Assembly: GCF_001194135.2 (NCBI RefSeq)
Contig: NC_068988.1
Location: 39,434,613 to 39,470,380, forward strand
From: Octopus bimaculoides
Lineage: Eukaryota
Direction: 5' to 3'
DNA length: 35,768 nt
Shown here: piece by piece, positions 11,011 through 21,669 of the stretch
How positions within the stretch are numbered: position 1 is the first letter of the stretch
Layout of the letters: each line of letters starts with the position of its first letter
Position numbers and translations under genes: made by a program
The notes under the pieces: model-generated
What the model saw: the letters and a program-made list of their open reading frames with translations, nothing else
Databases searched by the model: none
What the model was told of the DNA's origin: nothing

Positions 11011-11471
11011 TCTAATGATATATATTGAATTTCGTTTTTTATTTATTTATTTTTAGCCGGTACTGATTATACATAATTTAGTTTTCTACACTATAGTAAT
11101 GCTACTCCTACTAGTAGTAATAGTAATAATAGTAGTAGTTACTGTTGTTGTTGTGGTAGTGGTGTTATGATGCTGGTGTTTTTGGTGAGGATAGTCCGAA
11201 ACGTAATGGTGGTAAAAGGTTTGCTTGATGAATACACTTAAGTACCGCTATGGCATCCATTTCCCATTGATAAGTTATATCTGTGCGCTACATATGTTTA
11301 TTTATATGGGAATATTGTTGTGAAATTAGGTGCCGGTGGAATGTCGGATTTGTTACCAGTATATGATAAATATTCAAATCTGCTGATGTTTATTTTGCCT
11401 TTCATCTTTCCATGGAGTTAGTAAAATAAAATAAAAGTCAAATACTATTGTTAATATGATAGACCATTCTA

Positions 11472-11703
11472 AGGCGGTGAGCTGGCTGAAACGTTAGCAC
11501 GCTGCGCGAAATGCTTAGCAGTATTTCGTCTGTTTTTACGCTCTGAATTCAAATTCCGCCGAGATCGACATTGCCTTTCATCCTTTCGGGGTCGATTAAA
11601 TAAGTACCAGTTACACACTGGAGTCGATGTAATCGACTTAATCCCTTTGTCTGTCCTTGTTTGTCCCCTCTATGTTTAGCCCCTTGTGAGCAATAAGGAA
11701 ATA
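11472..11703 (+). mobile_element. SINE family B, full length, tail type 1, with 19-bp target-site duplication
   Basis: Head aggcggtgagctggctgaaacgttagc, B-box ttcaaattcc, central gcctttcatcctttcggggtcgattaaataagtacc. Flanked by aatatgatagaccattcta (11453-11471) and aatatggtcgaccattcta (11704-11722). Confidence 0.9.
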
Positions 11704-11722
11704 AATATGGTCGACCATTCTA

Positions 11723-11936
11723 AGGCGGTGAGCTGGCTGAAATGTTAGCACACCGGGCGAAATACTTAGCGGTATTTCGTGTCTTTATGCTCTGAGTTCA
11801 AATTCCACAGAGGTTGACTTTGCTTTTCTTCCATTTTGTGTCGATAAATTAAGTACCAGTTGCGTATTGGGGTCGATCTAATCGACTGGCACCCGCTCCA
11901 AAAATTTCGAACCTTGTGCCTAGAGTAGAAAAGAAT
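11723..11936 (+). mobile_element. SINE family B, full length, tail type 2
   Basis: Same head and central domain as 11472-11703, but a different 3' tail (ctggcacccgctccaaaaatttcgaaccttgtgcctagagtagaaaagaata). Confidence 0.9.
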
Positions 11937-11939
11937 ATA

Positions 11940-12310
11940 AGGGTCAAAACGCTAAACCTAGATATTTTACAGATATTTAGGTATATCTAATATCTATCTT
12001 TTATGAATTGAATAGAAAAATATTTCGTAAGTTATGATGAAATAAACAAATAATCTTCGAAACTGCAACGGCCAAACGTTAAGAGTCACTTAGAAAAACA
12101 ATGAAAAATGGAACAAGAACAAAAAGGGAAACCTTTACTATTAATATTTCGTGTACATCCCTTTACTACCAATGACCTCCTATCGTGCCTGGGTGCCTCC
12201 CAGTTGCTTAGTTTTTGCAGTGCTTGGGTGACCTCTTCAGTTGTTATAGGGGTCCAGAGTTGTTAAGGTGCTGAGTTCGTTGTTTTCATAGGTTGTACCT
12301 TCGCCGATCA

Positions 12311-12380
<70 letters not shown>

Positions 12381-13300
12381 TACAAGGAAGTTTAAGGATC
12401 GATGACTATAAATAGCAATCACTACAAACATTAGCAACATAAATTTCTCAGTTGTTACCCTCAATTTAATCAGACAAATACAGACCTTTTAGCGAAACTA
12501 ATGAACTTTCTACATATATTTACAGATATCAGCACCTAATTTTCAAAATGAAATTAATAACATCGGTAGTAGAATATCAAATTGTCATAAAATAAAGAAC
12601 AAAATCATCGATAAGTTCTATCCTTATTGGAATACAATATTATACTCTAACAGTTTCAAACGCAAGCTCAAACATTTACCTGACGCCTCACCAGACAGTT
12701 CTCAGAATTTGATTTAGCAATATCATTTGGTTTTCACATTAAAAAAAAATTAATTTAGAAATGTTAAAACTAATATCAATAAAAACTTTCTAGCTTTAGT
12801 AGATACGCGTCTCCAAATTAACATTCGTTAAAGAAAATGATTCAATAGAAACAGACTTCAAATTTGTTGCATAACAAATATGAGAAGTCTTGTAACAGCA
12901 ACAAAAGTGAAATGAGGCTGACATTTGATGCAAGAACAGAAACCATACTACACAGAAACAATTAAACGTAAAACAGAAATCGTTTCACAAAACTCTGCAT
13001 AGGTATTGTGGAGGGTTAATTTAAGTAGGAATGTTTAAATCGTACATGTCTCCGCAGAAATATTAAAAAAAAAAAAAACTGGGAGAAATACACTAAACAT
13101 ATACAATTGTATCTAGAATTTCAACGAACATGCTACAGATATCTAGATGAAGAGCCTCGAGAAATTCAAAAATGCAAAATATTACTGAGAATGGCTCGTA
13201 TTTAGAAACCATTATAAATCTACAAACTATTCAAATGTAAGATCAGATATATTTTTCAATACCACCACTTCGATAAGTACCATCTAGAACATTGAAAGAA
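11940..13300 (+). pseudogene. Candidate LRR-ectodomain relic
   Basis: Manual translation: VKTLNLD, LEMLKL..SKLTFVKEND, VLWRVNLSRNV*IVHVSAEIL (about 13003-13065), LETIINLQTIQM. It ends at the Penelope fragment. Confidence 0.3.
12170..12310 (-). mobile_element. Dong/R4 RT-region fragment adjoining (TAA)n (12310-12375)
   Basis: Frameshifted translation ITTEEVTQALQKLSNWEAPRHD resembles the I..EEV..A..K..NWKAPGxD motif that precedes the RT core in R4-clade ORFs. Confidence 0.6.
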
Positions 13301-13304
13301 CATA

Positions 13305-13619
13305 CCATTAGCTAATTGATTGGATCAATGTGTAAGTTTATGTCAGGAACAACCATAAATTCTCAGTAATAGTCATCCACTGATTTAGCTGAATGTTTTT
13401 ATACTCTTTGATATTTTCAAAAATTTATCTTTCCATGCCTATTTCTATGTAAAAAAAATCCTTCAATGATACTTTACTAAACAAGATAAGAGAAACAATT
13501 ACGTCACACTAATTCCCACTTGCGGTTCTAACTCATAACCACTCCCGATTTGTAACTTGTTTCTGTTAAATTTTTTATTTAAATCATTTCGTTTTTGTGT
13601 TCACGTAGAATATTTCTTC

Positions 13620-13622
<3 letters not shown>
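13305..13622 (-). mobile_element. Penelope-like element 5' fragment (copy of 16285-16600)
   Basis: About 90% identical by eye to 16285-16600 (e.g. caggaacaaccataaattctcagtaatagtcat; atactttactaaacaagataagagaaacaattac). It abuts (TA)n. Confidence 0.85.
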
Positions 13623-13663
<41 letters not shown>

Positions 13664-14210
13664 NNNNNNNNNNNNNNNNNNNNNNNNNNNNNNNNNNNNN
13701 NNNNNNNNNNNNNNNNNNNNNNNNNNNNNNNNNNNNNNNNNNNNNNNNNNNNNNNNNNNNNNNNNNNNNNNNNNNNNNNNNNNNNNNNNNNNNNNNNNNN
13801 NNNNNNNNNNNNNNNNNNNNNNNNNNNNNNNNNNNNNNNNNNNNNNNNNNNNNNNNNNNNNNNNNNNNNNNNNNNNNNNNNNNNNNNNNNNNNNNNNNNN
13901 NNNNNNNNNNNNNNNNNNNNNNNNNNNNNNNNNNNNNNNNNNNNNNNNNNNNNNNNNNNNNNNNNNNNNNNNNNNNNNNNNNNNNNNNNNNNNNNNNNNN
14001 NNNNNNNNNNNNNNNNNNNNNNNNNNNNNNNNNNNNNNNNNNNNNNNNNNNNNNNNNNNNNNNNNNNNNNNNNNNNNNNNNNNNNNNNNNNNNNNNNNNN
14101 NNNNNNNNNNNNNNNNNNNNNNNNNNNNNNNNNNNNNNNNNNNNNNNNNNNNNNNNNNNNNNNNNNNNNNNNNNNNNNNNNNNNNNNNNNNNNNNNNNNN
14201 NNNNNNNNNN

Positions 14211-14265
<55 letters not shown>

Positions 14266-14344
14266 GTACATATATATGTGGTATATATGTATATATACAT
14301 ATATATATATATGTAGCATATATATATATATATATATATTCTAA

Positions 14345-16640
14345 AGTATTTAATTAGAAAGAGACAAATGTCAAGGTCGATAATAATCTTCATCAGAGCC
14401 AACATATATCAAAACACAGAGGGCATATATAATCTATTATAAATATGCGAACATATAACATGTAAACATATATATACATATTGTAGTGTAATTCTGTGCC
14501 CAAATCAAAGTCGGGTGAAAAATTGCATAAATACATGCAGACAAATTAAAAGGTCTAACACTGATGAGATGATCCAAAAGAGAAGTCCTCAAGTGAATCC
14601 AGGTTAGAATATTAGATGTGCCTGGAGCTTTTTTTAGTGTTTCGTAGTTCTTCGATATTAATTGCTTTAGTACGTTATATTCCGTTGTCTATCAGGGTTA
14701 ACGGATATTGTCTTTTAAGTAGTACTTATTTTAGTTCCTGCAGTCTTTTATTGCGAGTTTTAGGGTTTGAGACAATTGTGCTGATTCTCGATAGATTAAA
14801 GGGGTTATTATTCTTCGTGTGCTTGGCATGAAATGAAGAGAACAGTAAGTATTGTTTAGAATGTGCTTGTTTGTAGTGAATATCTGTTTCAATGTTTTTA
14901 TCTCTTTTGACGATCAGTATATTCTGGAGTGTAAGTTGAATTTTACTGTATTCCATGGTAACATTAATATCATTGTTAATGCTTTTGATTAGAGTTTTGA
15001 AATCTATCAGTTGTTCAAATGTGTGCGTCCATAGGTTTAGGCAGTCAACTAAGTAACGTTTCCAGTTTTCCAGTAGATATTTGTGGAAGTTCAAGCCATA
15101 TATCAATTTAGATTGCTAATATATCTGGAATTCCATGTATGCTATAACTAGATTGGCGTAAATCGGAACAACGTTTGTCCCGATCGCAGTCCCAGGTATT
15201 TGTTTGTAAATATTGCCGTCGGAGTCGAAAAGTTGTTTTCAAGGATAAACTTTAATCCTTTATTGATGAAACTCTTTTAAATCCTGTCTGGAATCTCATG
15301 AGGGAATTTCTCAACCCAGAAATGTATTGCCTCTAGTCCATATTGGTGTGGGATTGTGGTATAACGGTTTACCACATCGAAAGATACAATAATGGTATCA
15401 TTATTTATGGAGGTTGGCTCTTTACATGCATTCTTAATAGTTTGATTCTTATGCATTTTTGGGAGACCGTAGAAGTAGCTGGTCCTGCAATCAAAATGGG
15501 TTAGGTAGTTACATTCTTTCTTTGTTAAACTTTTTGATGTCTGTGAATAAGTGTGTTCAGTTTAGTCATTGATTTTGATTTTTGGTAATTATTTACCTTT
15601 TCTTAGTGAGTCATGTTTTGTAATATAGATAGTATATCACTTTTGTAGTGTTCAGTATCCATAATACTATAGCACTTACCTCATCTGCTTCCTTAAGTAT
15701 AATGCCGTTATTGTTTTTCAGCTCATATATAATATCCCATTTCTTTCGACTTGCATCGGGCTTGATTTTAGGGTGTGGAAATTCTTTTTTAGGGAAGGTA
15801 AATATAAGATCACAAGCTTTGTCTGAAGCTTTATTCTTACCTTTCGTAGGCTTGTAATTGCTCTTGTTTCTTACAGTTGATTCATCCTTGATTTCTTTAT
15901 CGTATAATTCCTGTTAGGCGTAGTTTTATTACAGAACTGTGAAATATTGTTTTGTATTTCATTGAAGTTAGGGTGCTGTAGTATTGGGGTAAATTTTAGG
16001 CCTTTTGACAAAATACTAATTTCTTCAACTGAGAGAGATTTTTGGATAGGTTAACTATCTTCGGTTTAGACCACCTGGTGTCGAGAACTCTGTCGGTTGG
16101 ATCTAAAAAATGATTTTTCAAAGGCTGACACGTTTGATCGAACATGTCCAAACAATGAATACTCTGAATGTTTTCGATCAAGTGTTTGTAGAGAATGAAC
16201 ACATGATTAAGTTTATAACCTTCTGTAGGTTCCCCGCTACGTTCGTGCGTTAGTGTCACGTGACAGTATACATTAACAAATTGCTTGGATCAAAGTGTAA
16301 GTTTATATCAGGAACAACCATAAATTCTCAGTAATAGTCATTTACTGATTTAGCTGAATGTTTTTAACAATATACTCTTTGGCATTTTCATAAATTTATC
16401 TTCCTATGCCTATTTCTATGTTCGAAAATCCTTCAGTAATACTTTACTAAACAAGATAAGAGAAACAATTACCTAACGCTAATTCCCACTTGCGGCTCTA
16501 ACGCATAACCACTCCTGATTTGTAAATTGTTTGTATCTACTTTTTCCTTCTTTAAATCATTTTGTTTTCTTGTTCACATAGGCACAATCATCATATGCAT
16601 GTTTGTTTTTGTTTCTTGTTCTTTTTTTCTGAACTCTCCC
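14345..16640 (-). mobile_element. Penelope-like retroelement (probably Neptune-type), decayed
   Basis: ORF 14726-15106 RYLVDCLNLW...IETDIHYK...SKQYLLFSSFHAKHTKNN.PFNL resembles the PLE RT motif RYxDD plus thumb. The N-terminal region gives KIVNLSKNLSQLKKLVF (about 16000-16060). No GIY-YIG domain is recognisable. Both ends abut (TA)-rich repeats. Confidence 0.85.
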
Positions 16641-17529
16641 TATATATNNNNNNNNNNNNNNNNNNNNNNNNNNNNNNNNNNNNNNNNNNNNNNNNNNNNN
16701 NNNNNNNNNNNNNNNNNNNNNNNNNNNNNNNNNNNNNNNNNNNNNNNNNNNNNNNNNNNNNNNNNNNNNNNNNNNNNNNNNNNNNNNNNNNNNNNNNNNN
16801 NNNNNNNNNNNNNNNNNNNNNNNNNNNNNNNNNNNNNNNNNNNNNNNNNNNNNNNNNNNNNNNNNNNNNNNNNNNNNNNNNNNNNNNNNNNNNNNNNNNN
16901 NNNNNNNNNNNNNNNNNNNNNNNNNNNNNNNNNNNNNNNNNNNNNNNNNNNNNNNNNNNNNNNNNNNNNNNNNNNNNNNNNNNNNNNNNNNNNNNNNNNN
17001 NNNNNNNNNNNNNNNNNNNNNNNNNNNNNNNNNTATATACACACACATATATATGCACATATACTTTTACTGTATATTTTTTTTTTATTCTTTTTATTTT
17101 ATTTTTTTTATTTCAAAGTTTCAGCTCAGAGCTGCGGCCATGCTGATGCACCACCGTGTTGCTACACTGTTATTACAGGGAGCCTCTTACAATATGTGGC
17201 ACTTGGTGAAGAATGGAGTTTGATTTAGCAACTCTCATTTGCACCTCCTGCCGCGAGGTAGGTTCATCTGGGACTCTCGACAGGAAGAGGTCCAGCTTTG
17301 ATTTATATATATGTAGTGTAAACACATGTATATACATGTGTGTGTGCGCGCTTGTATATGTTTGTGTGCGTGTGTTTGTCCCCTACAATCGCTTAACAAC
17401 AGATGTTGATGTATTTATATCACCGTAACTTAGGGGTTTGGCAAAAGAGATCGACAGAATAAGTACTAGGATNNNNNNNNNNATGTATAAATATATATAT
17501 ATATGTATATACATATATGTGTATATCAT

Positions 17530-18478
17530 TATTATTAAATCTGATGGTAGGAAAAAAAGGAAACCATGGACATGCAGCCAACAAGAAACTATAAAATTTT
17601 TCCCGTTTGAATTTCCATATGGCAAACTGGAAACAGATTGAGAAAGAGATCTTCAAACAAAACTGACCTAAATGTCTCTCTTCACCGCACATCGACATGA
17701 AACTTCAATAATTCATGTCTGTAATGCAAGCGATATGCTACAAATGTGTCCCGGAGAGAAAGGCCACTGTACACAAGATCAAAATCCCCAGAGAGAGGAA
17801 AGTTCTTCTGAGACGGCGTACAAAAATTTCAAATCGCCTAAACAAACAAATGGAAAGCAGTGAAAATCCCGCCTGAAAATACAGCTGCTGGAGATGGAAA
17901 AATATCTGCAGCTCTCTCATGAAAAAGACAGAGCAGACAAAGAAGCCTGGGCTATAGACAATGAAAATTTTAAACCCAGAGCCTGCTATAAGTTTGCCAA
18001 AGAAACAGCCTCAATGCATTGCATTCCTTGTAAAAGATGGCTCACTCACAGGAAACCCAATGAGGATCATTGAAATACTAAATGAGTAATTCAAAAGAGT
18101 TTTCACTCCACTCTCAATGCACTTAGAAGTCAATAATCCAGCTGACGTTTTCGCCACTGCAGATATAAAAACAGAGGCAGTGATGATTGATTACATCAAT
18201 ATAAAGGAAGACGATGTAATAAGGGGCTATAGATGAGATGAACTCGAACTCAGCTACTGGATAGTGCCAAAAACTTCAACTTTGCCATCAAAATACAGAG
18301 CAGGATATATTGCAACAGCCCGGGCTTTAAAAGCCCACAACTCTTTCATATCCTTCTGAAGTACTTGAGAGACCTATAAGGGGTGGATGTAGATGTCTTC
18401 AAAAGAAAACTAAATATCTTACTGTCATGAATCGCAGATGAACCAACTTCACAGCAGGAAGTGCAAATGAGGGAGGCG
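17530..18478 (+). mobile_element. CR1/L2-like LINE ORF2 fragment lacking the RT core
   Basis: Translation gives NFHMANWKQIEKEI..CYKCVPERK..KIPRERKVLLRRRTKI, then DGSLTGNP..EILNE*FKRVFT..IKEDDV..IDEMNSNSATG. It jumps directly to C-terminal PQLF..LPKYLRDL*GVDVDVFKRKL..ADEPT and ends at (CT)n. Confidence 0.75.
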
Positions 18479-18479
18479 G

Positions 18480-18548
<69 letters not shown>

Positions 18549-19182
18549 NNNNNNNNNNNNNNNNNNNNNNNNNNNNNNNNNNNNNNNNNNNNNNNNNNNN
18601 NNNNNNNNNNNNNNNNNNNNNNNNNNNNNNNNNNNNNNNNNNNNNNNNNNNNNNNNNNNNNNNNNNNNNNNNNNNNNNNNNNNNNNNNNNNNNNNNNNNN
18701 NNNNNNNNNNNNNNNNNNNNNNNNNNNNNNNNNNNNNNNNNNNNNNNNNNNNNNNNNNNNNNNNNNNNNNNNNNNNNNNNNNNNNNNNNNNNNNNNNNNN
18801 NNNNNNNNNNNNNNNNNNNNNNNNNNNNNNNNNNNNNNNNNNNNNNNNNNNNNNNNNNNNNNNNNNNNNNNNNNNNNNNNNNNNNNNNNNNNNNNNNNNN
18901 NNNNNNNNNNNNNNNNNNNNNNNNNNNNNNNNNNNNNNNNNNNNNNNNNNNNNNNNNNNNNNNNNNNNNNNNNNNNNNNNNNNNNNNNNNNNNNNNNNNN
19001 NNNNNNNNNNNNNNNNNNNNNNNNNNNNNNNNNNNNNNNNNNNNNNNNNNNNNNNNNNNNNNNNNNNNNNNNNNNNNNNNNNNNNNNNNNNNNNNNNNNN
19101 NNNNNNNNNNNNNNNNNNNNNNNNNNNNNNNNNNNNNNNNNNNNNNNNNNNNNNNNNNNNNNNNNNNNNNNNNNNNNNNNNN

Positions 19183-19216
<34 letters not shown>

Positions 19217-19529
19217 TATGTGCGTGTGTACGTGTGTGTAAGTATGTGTGTGCATTACAATAATTATGAAATGGTAACCATAACTTTTGGCAGGTCTTTG
19301 AACATTGATGAGTTTGACCCATAAAAGTTCTTCGATCAAAAATATCCATAACATATCCATTCTATTCTTTAGCCAGATAGAAGCACATTACAGACTATTT
19401 TATTCAATGGGACTTTCTTCTTTAACAGGATAGGGCATTATTTTTTGCTGATTTACTGGTTTCATAGAATAAGCACCACTGGATCTTTAATATTGTTACG
19501 CAAGGAATTGAGGAAAGAGAGAGTATGTA

Positions 19530-19531
<2 letters not shown>

Positions 19532-19582
<51 letters not shown>
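19532..19582. repeat. (GA)n microsatellite
   Basis: Direct reading. Confidence 0.95.
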
Positions 19583-19586
<4 letters not shown>

Positions 19587-20608
19587 TAGAGAGAGAAAGA
19601 AAGAATGAAAGAGAGAGTGAAAGAGATAGAATAAAGAGAAGACAGAGATAGCTAGTGAGGGAGAGAGAGAAAATGAGAGAAAGTGAAAAAAGTATCAATT
19701 ATGAGTGAGAGAGTACAAGCGAAAGATCAGCAGAATTAATCGGGATTCTCGAAGGACGGTAATTTTCTTAGCTTGTTTAAACTTGAAGAGATTGCTGATG
19801 ATGGCAATAGTGATCACGATGATGATGAGGAGGATAAAGATGATGATGAGAATCAGTTGAGTGGCGCATGGTGATGAGGATGATAATGCTAATAGGTGAC
19901 AAGGATGATGAACAGAAAGTATGGGAGTAAGAGGAAAAGATTGATGGTAGCGAGGATGGTGAAAAAACTTCACGATTTGCATCTGCGATAGGAAGTTAGA
20001 TATCCTCCAAGAAGGATTTTGGTAGATTAAATTGATAATAGTTGTCTGCTTAGGGTTATTTTTAGAGCTAGTTAAAGGAAAATGGACCGATCTCATAATT
20101 TTTTAAAGGCTTTTCTTGAATAGTGATGACAATATGGTTAGTGCTAAGGTCGAACATTGACAGGAGGTAAGTGTGCAGTTGATGGTGATATTCTTAGACG
20201 AGGGATGGTCGATGTGGTTAAAGTAGGTTCTCTCTGCTATGACACAGTAGAATTGACAATGGGATAAGAAATATTTACCACCTTTATAATTATAAAAATA
20301 GCGAACTATAACACAAGTGCAATATCTCACATGACATTAAATTAAAATTAGTAATTGACTCGTATTTGGTATCGAATTGTGAAAAACAAACAAGCAAAAA
20401 AACAAACTTGAATGAATTGTTCTCTAAATATAGATGACAATAATAAATACTTTCAACATAGACACAAGGTTACAAAATATGTGGGGTAGATATAAACCAT
20501 TTAATCGATCACTGTAGTTGCCTGGTACTATGGTTTATAAAGTTATGGAAACTAAAATGTCATTCAGTCGAGCTCACCACCTCGCAACTGATACAAAAAA
20601 TTCAAGTG

Positions 20609-20691
<83 letters not shown>

Positions 20692-20712
20692 ATACTACTA
20701 CTACTGCTACTA
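20609..20712. repeat. (ACT)n-(GCT)n-(ACT)n compound microsatellite
   Basis: Direct reading. Confidence 0.95.
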
Positions 20713-21009
20713 CAATTCTAATTTCCTTTATTTGCGACAGGGCTATTTTTGATGAGGAGGACATTACAAAAACAGTAAATAACTTGTGTGAGTATTTATC
20801 ACAAATCAAAAATAGAGGGGAAGTAAGGCAGAGAAAGAGGAGGAGGAGGAGGTGATGAAATAAAAGCATACGTAGCAATTACTTCAGGCATAAACATTGT
20901 AAACAAGGAATTAGTAAAGATCTTGAAATATACTAATTTAAATAAAAGTGGAGGTATTAAGTATGTGGAGTTGTTCAGCAGCAAAAGAATAAGAGACTAA
21001 TGACATAAG

Positions 21010-21118
21010 ACTGGGAGTTTTAGGGGTAGCGTTTAGTCGATTATATAGATACAGTATTTGGATGGTAGTTTACTTCATCGACCTTGAAAGGAAGAATGGT
21101 TAAGTTGGGTTTGGGCAC
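21010..21118 (-). mobile_element. SINE family B, highly degenerate
   Basis: agtcgattatatagat...ttacttcatcgaccttgaaaggaagaatgg resembles the reverse-complemented central domain. Confidence 0.5.
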
Positions 21119-21374
21119 AGGAAGAGTACATTGTAAAAATCATAGGCTAGAAGAATTAAAGTAGGACAAAATAGTTGCAATTGAAAATGGTATTTGCAAT
21201 GATATAGCGATAGTTAATAGAAAACATTTTCATAACATACTCAACTGAAAACATCGAAATCTGATGGTGTAGAATGGTTCTGAGTGAAGAAATTCAACTT
21301 ATACGAAAGAAATGTTAATTGGAGATCCGATACATTTATGACCAGGATCTCCATCTCTTATGATGACGAGTGTT

Positions 21375-21660
21375 CCGGTTGATATGATCAACAAAACAAC
21401 CTATCGTGAAAGTAACGTGCAAGTGACTAACTACTCCACAGACACGCGTACCCTTAACGTACTTCTCAGGAAAATTCAATATCACTCAGAGTGTGACAAA
21501 GATAACCATTTGAATTACAAGTATGACTCATTTTTGCCCGCTGAGTGGACTGGAGCATCGAGAAATAGTGTCTTGGTCAAGAACTCAACGCGCTGCCTGG
21601 AATCGAACTCATGATCGTAGGGTCGTGAGATGAATACCCTAGCCACCAAGCTACGCGCCT
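21375..21660 (-). mobile_element. tRNA-derived SINE family C
   Basis: Reverse complement ggcgcgtagcttggtggctaggg (A box)...tcacga...gagttcgattcc (B box)...ttcttgaccaagacact. It is homologous to 5895-6244. Confidence 0.8.
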
Positions 21661-21669
21661 TCATCTTCA

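Larger units (their letters stand above)
19270..21000 (-). pseudogene. Candidate decayed TLR-like gene (LRR-TM-TIR order preserved)
   Basis: LLNNSTYLIPPLLFKLVYFKIF (ORF 20799-20984), LLSMFDLSTNHIVITI (20128-20166), hydrophobic LILIIIFILLIIIVITIAIISNLFKFK (about 19780-19860), then KE*NGYVMDIFDRRTFMGQT / KVMVTIS (19270-19370, TIR-like). Invaded by (GA)n and (ACT/GCT)n. Confidence 0.42.

Noticed and set aside
11453-11936. Direct repeats with intervening sequence resembling a CRISPR array
   Set aside because: There are only two units, each a SINE with a TSD; the context is eukaryotic and there are no cas genes.
17110-17290. Repeat-like GC-richer patch (gctgcggccatgctgatgcacc...)
   Set aside because: Probably a dispersed repeat fragment, but there is no second copy or diagnostic motif in the window to support a call.
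19695-20096. ORF 19695-20096 as an intact membrane-protein gene
   Set aside because: The hydrophobic stretch is largely (ATC)n-like and neighbouring LRR phrases are in other frames. It is treated only as part of a candidate pseudogene.
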